Shown piece after piece: positions 44,317 to 64,000 of a DNA stretch of 64,000 nt. This DNA is from the human T2T-CHM13v2.0 reference genome, Homo sapiens. Made by a program: the position numbers and the translations under genes. Within the stretch, counting starts at the first letter, position 1; each line of letters starts with the position of its first letter. The notes beneath the pieces are model-generated. The model made no database searches, was not told where the DNA came from, and saw nothing but the letters and a program-made list of their open reading frames with translations. The stretch is taken from assembly GCF_009914755.1 (NCBI RefSeq), contig NC_060932.1; one strand, written 5' to 3'.

Positions 44317-45093
44317 TGTTTTTGTTTTTATTTTTTTCAACTTTTATTTTAGAATAAGGGGGTTAAGTACATGTGCAGGTTTATAACCAAAGTACCTTGT
44401 GTGATGCTGAAGTTGGTAGTGCAAATGAAACTGCCACCCATGTAGCCGGCATAGGTACCCAATAGGTAGTTTTTTTCAATTCTTATCCCCTTCCTTTCCA
44501 GTCCCCTCCTTATATTCTCCAGTGGCTATTATTCCCATTTTTATGCCCATGAGTACCCAATGTTTAACTTTCACTTATAAGTGAGAACATGGGGTATTCA
44601 CTTTTCTGTTTCCGTGTTAGTTTACTTAGGATAATAGTTTCCAGCTGCATTTATGTTGCCACAAAGGACATGATTTTTTTCCCTTTTATGGCTACATAGT
44701 GTTCTACAGTGTATATGTACCATATTTTCTTTATCCACTACTACTGATGGGAAACTGGGTTAATTTCATGTCAACCCATGTAATATTCTATTGTGAATAA
44801 TGCTGTGATGAAAATACGGGTGCACGTGTCTTTTTGGTAGAATAATTTATTTTCCATTGGCTATATACCCAGTAGTGAGATTGCTAGGTTGAAGAGTAGT
44901 TCAACTCTCAGTTCCTTGAGGAATCTCCTAACTGCTTTTCACAGTGACTGAACTAATTTACGTTCCCACCAACAGTGTAGCCTTGCTGACACAAAAACCC
45001 TTCTGTCTGGTGTGAAGTGGTTTCTCATTGTGGCTTTGATTTGCATTTCTCTGATGATTAGTGATGGTGAACATTTTCACGTATGTTTGTTGT
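44317..45093 (-). mobile_element. 5'-truncated L1PA15/16-like element
   Basis: tttcaacttttattttag...gtacatgtgcaggttt...gtacccaataggtagtt...cacttataagtgagaacat. TSD ctcaaaatcccaat (44303-44316) and ctcaaagccccaat (45094-45107). Confidence 0.88.
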
Positions 45094-46059
45094 CTCAAAG
45101 CCCCAATGCTTTAATCACATGGTTGGTATTTCTGTGTGATCGGCCCCTATCCTGAGTCATCTCATTAGCTTTAAATATCTAGGGGCCTACCGTAAGCCAC
45201 CTTGTTAGTATAAACTATCAGAACCTACCAAGAATAACAAATATGCTCCTCTCACTTGAACAATCCCAAGGATTGAGAGGCCACCTCTCAGAAACAGTGG
45301 ACAAAGATCAGCCAGACTCTCCATTACACTGCAGTGCTTTTCATGTATTATCTAATATAATTCCTATGATTCATATGTTCACCTGCAGAGTTGGGTGGTG
45401 TTACTCCAGAGCTTAGGAATACAAGTTCAGGGAACTTAAATAAATTTTCCAAGGTCATGCAGCTAATGAGTGGCAATGCCAGATTTGAAACCATGTCTTT
45501 CTTTTTATATTTCCTTTCTAAAATTTTCTAATATACAACCTAATTATGCCTCAAGTTCAATTTTATTAGAAAAATTAATAATAATTTTTCATCTCCCATA
45601 GTACAGTTACCTGGTCATGGTTTCAGCAGAAGAATGAATATTTATATGAAAGATATTTAGCATGCTCAGTAATTATCTTCAAAGTCAGGAGAGACAATGA
45701 AATGTTAAGGACAAAAATGGACTTGAGTTCTAATTCCTGCCAATTCCTAACTAGCCACTAAATCTGTCACTTTAGTTAAAGTATTTATGATCTCTGATAA
45801 TCAGTTTCTATCTACAAATGCTCACCTATATTCCAGGATTTTCATAAAATTCAAAGAACAGTTGTGAAAGTAGTGGCCTATTCCCAAATTCCCTTATTTT
45901 CCTCTATTTATCCATAACACTTAGTAATATTTCAAATGATTTAAATATATAATTTCAATAGTTAAACAGATTGTAAAATTTCAATCACAAAGAATTAGTT
46001 TTTCAATGATATAACCCAAATTTCCAGATTAGGTTCTGGTAAGTAGTAGACATTCAAGT

Positions 46060-49810
<3,751 letters not shown>

Positions 49811-49929
49811 AAACTTACTATTTTCTGTCTCCCAAGGGACTCACTCAATGCATAGGGAGTTTAAAATAAATAATTGCACATTGGTTGAGGAATTGATTTG
49901 TGATTTATTTCAGTTAAGAAGAAAAAATA

Positions 49930-50360
<431 letters not shown>

Positions 50361-50737
50361 TCAGCTTTTTGCATGACTGCTTGCTTTTCATTAATTAGGT
50401 CTCACTTTAAAAGTCCCTTCTTTAGAGAAGAGAGCTTGCTTGATTGTAGTATACACCATTCCCCACCCAAATAGGCAAGTTCTGTTATATACCCTTTTTA
50501 CTTTCTTCACCAATTACTGGTTTTTTTTTTTTATTATACTTTAAGTTTTAGGGTACATGCGCACAATGTGCAGGTTAGTTACATATGTATACATGTGCCA
50601 TGCTGGTGCGCTGCACCCACTAACTCGTCATCTAGCATTAGGTATCTCTCCCAATGCTATCCCTCCCCTCTCCCCCCACCCCACAACAGTCCCCAGAGTG
50701 TGATGTTCCCCTTCCTGTGTCCATATGTTCTCATTGT

Positions 50738-52589
<1,852 letters not shown>

Positions 52590-52630
52590 TCAGGAGCTGA
52601 TGCGATCAACTGGAAGAAAGGGTATCAGCG

Positions 52631-53287
52631 ATGGAAGATGAAATGAATGAAATGAAGCGAGAAGGGAAGTTTAGAGAAAAAAGAATAAAAAGAAATGAGC
52701 AAAGCCTCCAAGAAATATGGGACTATGTGAAAAGACTAAATCTACGTCTGATTGGTGTACCTGAAAGTGATGGGGAGAATGGAACCAAGTTGGAAAACAC
52801 TCTGCAGGATATAATCCAGGAGAACTTCCCCAATCTAGCAAGGCAGGCCAACATTCAGATTCAGGAAATACAGAGAATGCCACAAAGATACTCCTCAAGA
52901 AGAGCAACTCCAAGACACATAATTGTCAGATTCACCAAAGGTGAAATGAAGGAAAAAATGTTAAGGGCAGCCAGAGAGAAAGGTCGGGTTACCCTCAAAG
53001 GGAAGCCCATCAGACTAACAGAGGATCTCTTGGCAGAAACTCTACAAGCCAGAAGAGAGTTGGGGCCAACATTCAACATTCTTAAAGAAAAGAATTTTCA
53101 TCCCAAAATTTCATATCCAGCCAAACTAAGCTTCATAAGTGAAGGAGAAATAAAATACTTTACAGACAAGCAAATGCTGAGAGATTTTGTCACCACCAGG
53201 CCTGCTCTAAAAGAGCTCCTGAAGGAAGCACTCAACATGGAAAGGCACAAATTGTACGAGCCACTGCAAAATCATGCCAAAATGTAA
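52631..53287 (+). pseudogene. L1 ORF1 C-terminal 218 codons (5'-truncated, no promoter)
   Basis: MEDEMNEMKREGKFREKRIKRNEQSLQEIWDYVKR...LQNHAKM*. Confidence 0.93.
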
Positions 53288-53335
53288 AGACCATCGAGAC
53301 TAGGAAGAAACTGCATCAACTAACGAGCAAAATAA

Positions 53336-54445
<1,110 letters not shown>

Positions 54446-56369
54446 TTTTTTGAAAGGATCAACAAAATTGATAGACCACTGGCAAGACGAATAAAGAAAA
54501 AAAGAGAGAAGAATCAAATAGACGCAATAAAAAATGATAAAGGGGATATCACCACCGGTCCCACAGAAATACAAACTACCATCAGAGATTACTACAAACA
54601 TCTCTATGCAAATAAACTAGAAAATCTAGAAGAAATCGATAAATTCTTCACCAATTACTATTTGAAATTACATTTCCTTTTTTTCACCTATTTATTGTCT
54701 TACTCTCTTCACTAACAGCAAAGTCTCGAAGAGGGTAGAATATCTGTCTATATCTATATTGTTCACCACCATTTCATCAGCATGTAGAATGCCTGGCAAA
54801 TAGTAAATGTTTAATAAGTATTTGTTGGACAAATGATTCAGTCGAGGCAATAAGAATTTTACTATGCATTTCATTTTATTGCCACAATATATATTTAATA
54901 TATATTATTACAATTCTATACATATATAATTTAGGAATAAAAGCTGTTCTTAGGAAATTTGTCAGGAAAAATGAAATTTATTAACACAATTCAGACTGCA
55001 ATCTATCAGTTATTACTACATGTTAACTACAAGCTGAAATAATTATGATTTATATTTCAAATAAATGTTATGAGAAACTTTTTAAATGTCTTTTTTAAGA
55101 CCCAGAAGGAAAAGCAGTTAGAAATAGAGCCAAAGAGCTAATGCATCCTTTGTACCTCACAAGGAAATGCCATCTTTCAGAACCAGGCTCCAAAACATTA
55201 CAGAGGAAAACAGAATTTTAAATGGTCAACAAAAGGAAAAAAGACATATTTCATATTTGAATATCATACTCACAAGGTACAAAAAATCAATATAGGTGGA
55301 AATTCTTAAAGAAAAGCATTTTAAGCTGTTTGACCATTTTGTAATACTTGTAAATTCTGCATGCTGAAATTGTGGTACTTAGAATAATTCAGTAAAACTA
55401 ACTTTAATTTCTTAAAGTCAAGATTGTAAGAAATTACCTGAGTAATGAAGAGTTCATTTGCAACAATCAGAAAGTTTTTAGGAAGGGAGGAAATGTCATT
55501 TCACATCTGGTTAAATTACAAAGACTATATTTCATTCTTAAGAGAACACAGAAATGATTGTTTTTAAATAAGGAAGATGCCCAGCATGTTACAGCATTGC
55601 ACTGAGCAATAATAGTGATAAAAGTTTTTAAGTTAATTGCATGTTAATGACTAAGTTAAACTCAAAATGGCAATCAGCAGAAGCTAGGAAACATTTGTCT
55701 TGTTTAAATCACATAGTAACCTTTAAATATCATGAAGCAGTCACTACATAAAAAATGCAATCAAATTATAAAAGAGGCATATAATATTTTAGAATGTTTA
55801 CATAAGATACAAAAAAATGGTTAAACGGAGAGAAAAACATAACAAGGAAGATGTATAACTAAGATAGTAAGTCACAAAGATAGCTGGAAAGAAGTAATTA
55901 ACATTTTATAAAATGACTCTATGAAGAATAATTATCTTTTAAATATTGTTGATGGCTATTTTTAAGGAATCTCTTTCCAGACAAAGAGATATATGTTTTT
56001 CTTTTTTCTTATTCTTTAACTGTTTAATTTTTGTTTAGGTTTTTAAATTCCTACTCTCTGTCTCTCTCTCATTCTTTTTTTACCAGCCTACAGTTCCCAT
56101 TGTTAGATTTTTTTTTTTTTTTTTTTTTTTAGTTTACTTATTTTCACAGGTAAAAGAAGGAACTCTACCGGTATAATGAAAAGGTTCTCTCACATTCGAA
56201 GAAACTAATACCTTAAAAGAAGTATGCTTTATTTTAAACTAACAACTGTGATATCAGTTAATTTAATGTAATAATTACCAGTGTGTCTCACTTGTTTTCA
56301 TTCACATTAGAGGCTCACTGGAAAAGTGATGAGCTGATCACTAATTGGAACTGGTTAGACTCAAGGATT

Positions 56370-58030
56370 ATTTTTTAATAATATTTATTGACTGTATATA
56401 ATGGGTATGAATTGGTGCTAAGCAATGAGAATAACAAAAAGCAAAGAAGACATCATCCCTCCTTTCAAGGGAATCAACATCTACTGGCAGAGTTTTACTT
56501 GTAAGTGTATTATTATCATACTACATGGAAACGTAAGTAGCAATCAAATTCTTAGATTAAAAAAAAAAAGTCCCTAGGTTATTCTACCCATAAGCATTTT
56601 AAACAGCTCGCTTCACATCTTTAAAACAAAACAAAATGAAACAAAAACACTCCTTGGATCCTACATAACCTTCCAACTACCTTTTATATATATTCCCCCC
56701 TTTCCTTATCCAAACTTCCTGAATGTTGTCTACACTTGCTGCCACCATTATCTCACCTCCCTCTCAGTCCTATACCCAAATTCTATCCATCCAGCTTCAC
56801 TCAAGTGACCCATAAGTGGCAAATCCCATGGACCTCATTTCAGCACTCATCCTGCTACCCTTCAACAACATTTGACATTCCTGGACATGCTTGCAGACTT
56901 GAAGCACTATTTCCTCTCTTTCCTCTGGCTTTGCTCTGTAATGTATTTCATTCACTGTCTCTTTTGCGAATGACTTCTCCTCTACCAATCATTAAATGCA
57001 AGTGTTGTTCAGAACTGTGCCCTACACTCCACTTTCTTCATGGGTGCTCCATCCCCCATGGCATCAATTGCGTCAATACTCTAACCACTTTCAAATTTGC
57101 ATCAATAGCCTGGACCTCAGTTCTTCTAATTGGATCTATTTATACAATTTATTTATAAACACTTTTACTTTTATGCCAAAATTCCTTCAATATAACATAT
57201 CCATGACTGCAGGCATACAATCTTTCCCTCAAGCAACCATTACTCCTTCCCGATTCTCTTTAGAAAATTGCACAATAATCTCCCAGTTGCTATGACAGAA
57301 ACTTGAGACTCACCCTTCACAGCTCTTCCTAGCTTCAGCACCACTCATATCAAGTCCATTACTAACTTATCTATGAAATGAATTAATTTTCCTGTGTCTC
57401 CACTGCCATCACCTTAGTTCAAGCATCCATAGTCTCTTTCCTGGATTTCATTAATAACTCCCAGCCTGTCTCTGTACTTCCAACTTTTCAACAGATTCCT
57501 CTTGCTGCAAGCATAGTAATCATTCTTGAAGCAATTCTACCTGTACCACTTTTGTGCTTAAAGCCTTTCAGTGACCTTCTGTGGCTATAAAGATACTAAG
57601 AGAAGCTGGGTTTAGTGGTATTTCTGAAGTACAATAAATAGGATTTGATATATGGAGTGCGAAAAAGAGGCAACTCTAAGACGTTTTTCAAATTAGCTTG
57701 AGATATTGAGATAATATCATTTTAAAAGACCACATTTGTGGGGCAAAGACAAAGAGAAAATGGGTTCAATATCACACCTGCTGAGATTAGAGTACATAAG
57801 AGATATTGCAGATCAGTAATCCTGGGAAAGATGGAAGCTAGAGGTAGATAGATGTCATAGACACGACTCAAATTCCCAGGAAATATTTGTAGAACAAAGA
57901 AATAAGGACCAAGAATGGAATCCTGAGGAATATTAACATTTAAGAAGTAGGGGTGACAGAAGATGAAAAGTAAAGGAGACTGAGAACAACAGAGAAAAGG
58001 GAAAACCAAAAACGATATTTGAACCCTGGA
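56370..58030. mobile_element. L2 LINE fragments in both orientations
   Basis: atatttattgactgtatataatg; ggcaaatcccatggacctc...aacatttgaca; ccactgccatcaccttagttcaagc; gaatggaatcctgaggaatattaacatttaag. Confidence 0.7.
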
Positions 58031-58137
58031 ATAAGGTAAAAATGTGCATTGCTTTTTATTATACACTGAGCTCAGTTCTAAATATCTTTTCAAAAAAAAT
58101 GAACAATGGCAATAAAATAAAAATAAAAATGCCTAGT

Positions 58138-58574
58138 AGAGTTGATCCTTGAACACCAAAGGTTTGAACTCTGTGGGTCCATTTATATGCAGATTTTATT
58201 CTGCCTCTGCTACCCCTGAGACAGCCAGACCAACCCTCCTCTGCTTCCTCCTCAGCCTACTCAACACGAAGACAATGACAATGAAGACCTTTATGATTAT
58301 TCACTTCCACTAAATGAATAGTAAAATACGTTCTGTTCCTTGTAATTTTCTTAATAACATTTTCCTTTTTCTACCTTGTTTTACTGTATGAATACAGTAC
58401 ATAATACATATATCACACAAAATTGTGTGTTAACTCTTTATGGTACTGGTAAGGCTTCAAGTCAACAGTAGGCAATTGGTAGTTAAGTTTGGTGGGTGTC
58501 AATTTATACATGGATTTGCAACTGCTTGAGGTGTCAGTGCCCCTATTCTCCATGTTATTCAAAAGTCAATTATA
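58138..58574. mobile_element. Tigger2a-type (TcMar-Tigger) non-autonomous DNA transposon
   Basis: Terminal inverted repeat-like ends agttgatccttgaaca and tgttattcaaaagtcaatt. Internal cctcctcagcctactcaac...gaagacctttatga...cacttccactaaatgaatagtaaa. Confidence 0.85.
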
Positions 58575-58599
58575 AATTGGTGACCAATTTTTATAAAGT

Positions 58600-60300
58600 G
58601 AACTTTGTGTTTTTATATCTTAAGTAAATAGAGTTAAGTAAATCTTGCTTCTTATTTTATTATACATTACTATTGATCCATGTAAGGCCTTTTCTTATTT
58701 CCTTCTTAGCTATACCCACCATTTTAATAGGTGATCATTCTGTTGTGTTTAGTGAATCCTTTTTTATGTGTTCTTGTAAAATGTGCTCTGATTAGTGGAA
58801 AGCTATTATTAATTAAATAAGTAATACTGTGTGATATATTTCATTATGTTCCTTTCTTTTTCACAGGCATCTTTTTAATATCCATTCATTGTTGTGTTTC
58901 TAATTCATTGTTTCTAATTGCTACATGGTAAGTTACCATGATGTACAATCATCACACTTTATCCATTGTTTTAGTTAGTCCAGGTCACTATAATAAAGTA
59001 CCATAGACTGGATGACTTGAACAAAAAACACTGATTTCTCCTAGGTCTGGAAGCTGGAAGTGAGAGATTAGGGTGGTAGCATGGTTAGGTTCTGGTGAAG
59101 TTCTCGTTCATGTTGCAGACCTCCAATTTCTCTTTGTGTTTTTATATGGTGGAAGGTGAGCCAGAAAGCTCTCTGAAGTCTGCTTAATGAAGTCACTAGT
59201 ACCCTCCTGACCTAATTATCTCACAAAAGCCCCACCTTCTAATACCACCATATTGCTGGTTAAGATTTTAAGACATAAATTTTGGAGGGACACAAACATT
59301 CAGTCCATAGCACCTATCTACTCTCTCCATGATAGACACCCAGGTTGCTTCCAACTCTGACCAACAACAATAATATTGCAATAACATTTCCATTCACAGA
59401 TGTCCCCTTATGATCTTATGTAAGAACTTCTTTGGCTTATACATTCGGTGGCAGAATCGATAGGTCAAAGTGTATGCATATACTTAATTTCAGTGAAGAT
59501 TGCCACATTGCTCTCTGAATGGCTGGCTCAGTCTACACTCCCTCCACAAGACATATGGGTTCTTGTATCCTCAAATATCAATCAAGAGTTGACACATCTA
59601 TCTTTTTAAATTATGGCTAGGCTAATCAGTGAAAAGTGATATTTTAACTTGCACTTCTGATTGATAATTATTTTGAGCATCTCCAGGTATTTGATTTAGT
59701 TTCATTTTATATAAATTGCCTGTTTTAAATCTTTTATCCATTTTTTTTGCTTATTTAGTTTTTTCTTATTGATTTGTTGTGTTTGTCAGTTTTAAACTTC
59801 AGATATATTCTCCCATTGCATATCTGTCAGATAGATCTGTCCATGGTATCTGTATTAGGTTCCTAGAGCTGTTATAACAAAGTACCACAAACTGGGTGGA
59901 CTATAAAAAATAGAAATGTATTCTTTGTAGCTTTGAAGGTTACAAAAATCAAGTTCTGACAGGGTCATGCTCTCATCTAAGTCTTCAGGGGAAGATTATT
60001 CCTTGCCTCTTCAAGATTCTGGTGGCTTCTGATGTTCCTTGGCTTGAGGCAGTATAAGTCCAATCTCTGCCACCATCTTCACAAGCCTTCTTCCCTCTGT
60101 GTTTCTCTGTGTATCTGTGTGTTCACATGGCCTGCTTACAAGGGCACCACTCATTGGATTTGGAGCCACCCTAACCCAGAATGGCCTCATCTTAACTAAT
60201 TACATCTGCCAAGACTCTATTTCCAAATAATGTTACATTCTCAGGTTCTGAGTGGACATAAATTTGGGGAGAAAAGGGAGGATGCTATTCAACCTCATAA
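58600..60300 (-). mobile_element. Old L1M fragment interrupted by two MLT1 LTRs (about 58968-59312, MLT1A-like; about 59852-60300, MLT1B/C-like)
   Basis: ttagttagtccaggtcactataataaagtaccatagactgg...acacaaacattcagtccatagca; tgtattaggttcctagagctgttataacaaagtaccacaaactggg...ctatttccaaataa. Confidence 0.75.
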
Positions 60301-60819
60301 AATGTCCTTCTTTAAATAATTGATTTTTTCATAAATTACATTGTTCTATTGAGGGAAGGACTCCAGCCTAAATATTCATTAAATAACACTGTTGAAACAA
60401 GATTTTATACCTATAAATGTGTGTGGTATATAACTATTGTTGTCTTTCTAGCATGTAGCTAGAATTCTTGTGGCCTAAGAGATGCTAACTGTACCTCTGG
60501 CTTAACCCTGATTGAGTTAATCTCCGTGGTTATAGAAATGTATTCAGGCCTTGACACATCACTCAACTGGGGGCAATGAGACATTTGCTGAGGATATCTG
60601 GAAAAGAAGCTTCTTCACTAGTCTAAAAGAACTCCCGGAAGAGAGTCTCCATTCTCATTGGAAGTGACCCAGACTTGTAGCCCCTTGAAGCTCCTGACAA
60701 TTATTTTACTGTTGTGATAGAAGCCAGCCTGAGGACTAAACTAACACAAAGTTGGGAAAATCCATGAGCATTATAGATAAATTGATGCTGAGTACTAAGT
60801 TTTAGATTTTTAGTTAAGT

Positions 60820-61080
60820 TGATATAACTTTTTCTAGGTGAAATAAGCAAGTCAGAGTTCCATCACTCTCTAGCTATATGGCATTAAGGCAAGTTACTTA
60901 ATCTCACTAAGCTTCCCTTTCCTCATCTGAATATTGGATTTCTACAGTGTCTAGTTCATAGAGTCTCATGAGGACTAAGTAAGAAAATGTGTACAAGGCA
61001 CTCAGTCCAGGATTGATCAGTTTTAAGTGTGAGGTAGTTGTAAGATAATATTTATTGGTATTATTATTATTTGCATCAGT
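60820..61080 (+). mobile_element. MIR SINE
   Basis: ggcaagttacttaatctcactaagcttccctttcctcatctg...atgaggactaagtaagaaaatgtgtacaaggcactcag. Confidence 0.8.
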
Positions 61081-61239
61081 AATATAATTATTATTAGATT
61101 ATAGCAAACCCAGGATGCACTCTCAAATCAAAAGTCTAGGCTTCTCAACTGTTCAGGACAAAAACCGACAGGGAGCATACCTTAAGAGTTTCAGCAAACG
61201 TCAAGACATGGTTCTGTTTTTTGGTTCAGCAACATTTTG

Positions 61240-61272
61240 GTTTTTTTGTTTGTTTGTTTGTTTGTTTGTTTT
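61240..61272. repeat. (TTTG)n microsatellite
   Basis: Directly visible. Confidence 0.9.
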
Positions 61273-63942
61273 CAGTGCAACTGAAGACTAATTCACGATA
61301 ACCAAAAGTCACAAAAGACTGATAAACTTGAGTAGAAAGTTATTTCTCAATACTTGTGATGATAACAGCCAAGTGGGCCAAATGATCCTTTTCATCTGAT
61401 CAGAACCTTTCATCTCCTATCAGAAAATGTAAGTGGAATGACAATTACTTTAAGTAGGTCATTTGGTAGACCCTGAATCAGAGAAAATTGAGTTATCTGG
61501 GAATTTTCTATTGTATGGAGCTATTAAGCTCTGATAGCCTAATGTACCCATCTCTACCATGGGGTAAAATTGACAAGGAAGCCACTGGACTCACCATGCT
61601 GTCTTTTTAGGACCCATACCCCTGCATATGACAGGGACAAAGAGAAATATTTGTATACTTCAAGATTCAAATTTTCCTATGCTCCACGTAAGAACAATGC
61701 TCCATTTAACACAGCCTTATATAATCATATAGCACAAGTGATTTTGGTACTTCCCTCTTCATTGTGTCCCGGTCCTGAGAATAAATCCTAGATAGCATCA
61801 GACTATTCTAGTCTCCTAAGCAATACACTTAAAAATTATTCTTTTGTACAGAGATCATATATTTGTCATTTTTCCATTTTTATTATCAGTCACTGATTTT
61901 TATCTCCAAATTTAGAGGGCCCCTATGATGGCCCTACATGCTATCTGCGATGTTCTTTATTCTAGGTCACTTTTTCTGTTTTAGTAGCCATCATCTTTGT
62001 AGATACTGAGGAAAACACTAGCTTTCAAAATCACACACCCACACAATGTCATTGACTATGTGGAAGTCAGCATGCCTTGGGAGTTAGGCAATGTCTCAGT
62101 CAGAGCTGAACTCAAAGAGGAAAACTTCCACAATTATAAGCCACAGTTCTGTAAGACTCTAATTTCTTCTATATCCCCCTTCAAGCTATGCCCACACCCA
62201 CCACCATGGCATTCTCATGACAAGACGGCCCAAGTAAAAGGTTTCTTATATTATCTTATTCTGGAATATTTTTCCTCCATTTTCTAAGTTAAAAGCTCTA
62301 ATGCATTCAGCACTGGCTGATGAAGACCCTGCTAGCTAAATTCTATATATCAGTGAGGAAAGGTCTCTATGAGAAAAGTTTTTAAAAATTCACCTAAAGC
62401 ACTGGTTCTCAAACTCCAGTTCATAGACCATTGCATTAGAGTTTATAGCATACTTGTTAATACCACAGTTATTTATTTATTGGCAAACAGACAATTCCTA
62501 TTTTGGGCAATAAGCCTGGCTTAACAGCAAGGACACAGCTGTGAAGATGGGAGGTTGAGAGGGCTGACTTGAGACACTGTTCATTGTTAATGAGTCAGTT
62601 ATCCAAGAACTAGACTTTTTTGTTTGTTTGTTTGTTTGTTTGCCTAGAAGATCAAGTAAATCAGGATTTCCATGTTTGGAAACAACTGTTATAAGGCAAT
62701 TAGTTGGAAACTATAAGAATAAAAGAAATCAGAGAAGAACAATTACAGAAATTCTAGTCATCCATAGCTATTGTGCCTTGAGAAATAATGAAAGATACCT
62801 GCTGGAGAAGGGGGTATTGGACAGGGACAAAAAAAAAACCTGCCGGAGAAGGGGGTATTGGACAGGGACAAAAAAAAAAAAAAAAAAAAAACCTGCTCTT
62901 TCCATCTCAATTCACTCCAGTTTTATTTAAATAATATCTCTCTTTATGCTTATTATTAAGCCTCTGTTGCATGAGACATCTGAAACTTTAACTTACTAAT
63001 ATTCCTCAACATAAAGTGTTACATCTAAAATTGGAAATACCCCAAAATAAGCACACATTTGTTTCTTACCAAATTTGGTAAGTGAGGTATATTGTAACAG
63101 AATTCTAAAACACGTTGATTATTTTCATGACTTAAAAATAAAGACAACTGTTTACTTTGCATATAGGAATTTCCCCATGCAGGCAGTGTATTTTATCACA
63201 GAGGGTAAACATATGAGAGGTAAAATATTGAAAAAAAAAGTTGCTCCGAAATGTTTGGGGGAAAAAAGTAAGCTAGCAAAAGAGAAAACATTTTTTTTCT
63301 TTATGAGGAAATATCAAGGAGTGAAACAAGCAAGCAAACAAAAGAAGAAAAAGGGAAAATAAAACACAACTGCACACCCAGAGGGGCAAGAGACAGAAAA
63401 TCTATGTAGCCATAAATAAACACCTTGTCAGAGAATCTATACCAATCCAAAGAGGCCAATTTGGGAAGTGGCAGCAAAGTAGGGAAGGCTCAATCAAACC
63501 AGATATTGAAAAGAAAAAAGCAACCTATAAAAAAGATAGGAGGTATGCACTGACTCTTCTGTGAGAATGATTACACGTTGAATCTACTGGTTTTCATGTT
63601 TCCAGGGAGTTTTGATTTTTAGGGCTTGAGATGAAGTGAAACAAGGAAGTGCCTTTCCCTGTCCTATTAGAGCTCTAATTCCCCTTCAGAGCAACCAGAA
63701 ATCATCTCAGATTACCTCTTCCAGTTCACCCGCTGTCTTCATTTTCAGGCTAATCCCATATTTTTTATTTCCTGGCCTATTCTCCTCCATTCTCTCCTAT
63801 TGGGAGCTAGGCTGGTCAGACTGGAAAGAAAAGGCAGAAGGAAGGAAGTACTGGGACGAGAAGCAGAGAGGACTCTCTTACCCTCCAGGGAGGCACCCGC
63901 TATCTCCCTGTCACAAATGGTCACCTTTTGTTCACTTGTCTC

Positions 63943-64000
63943 TGTGTTGGCTAATTTTATGTGTCAACTTCACTGGGCTAAGGGATGCTCACATAACTAG
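63943..64000 (+). mobile_element. Start of an MLT2 (ERVL) LTR that runs off the window end
   Basis: tgtgttggctaattttatgtgtcaacttcactgggctaagggatgc. Confidence 0.8.

Larger units (their letters stand above)
43365..45333. mobile_element. MER21-type LTR split into three pieces by THE1B and L1 insertions
   Basis: ttacccagagttaggccaaacttcacaggttaag...ccccacttcagacaccagc; gattggctgaatcattgacca; taatcacatggttggt...tgagtcatctcattagc...ggacaaaga. Confidence 0.75.

Noticed and set aside
55438-55506. Minus-strand exon candidate with donor CAG|GTAATT
   Set aside because: The acceptor is weak, all three frames have stops, and nothing else supports it.

Overview
This is AT-rich, CpG-depleted primate genomic DNA, most likely human because it carries an Alu with all five AluYa5 diagnostic substitutions. 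It looks like intergenic or deep-intronic sequence. I found no CpG island, no RNA gene and no recognisable cellular protein-coding exon. The only real protein similarities in the ORF track are disrupted LINE-1 ORF1/ORF2 pieces. The window is dominated by interspersed repeats: two young L1PA elements (1-2539 and 50521-54646), older L1 fragments, seven Alus, a full-length THE1C MaLR element, three solo THE1-type LTRs, other ERV/MaLR LTRs, hAT and Tigger DNA transposon relics, and many L2/MIR fragments. I found no convincing new biological system. The most notable observations are mechanistic. Two directly oriented L1PA segments 52.8 kb apart differ at subfamily-type positions yet share non-consensus variants, suggesting ectopic gene conversion and a substrate for non-allelic recombination. 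One L1 is a 5'-inverted (twin-primed) insertion with a perfect 16-bp target site duplication (TSD) and contains a hairpin-perfecting template-switch mutation. There is also a possibly polymorphic AluYa5, a set of DUX4-type motifs in THE1 LTRs, and several local duplications and candidate micro-exons. Repeat names come from recalled consensus sequences, not a RepeatMasker run, and boundaries of old repeats are approximate.
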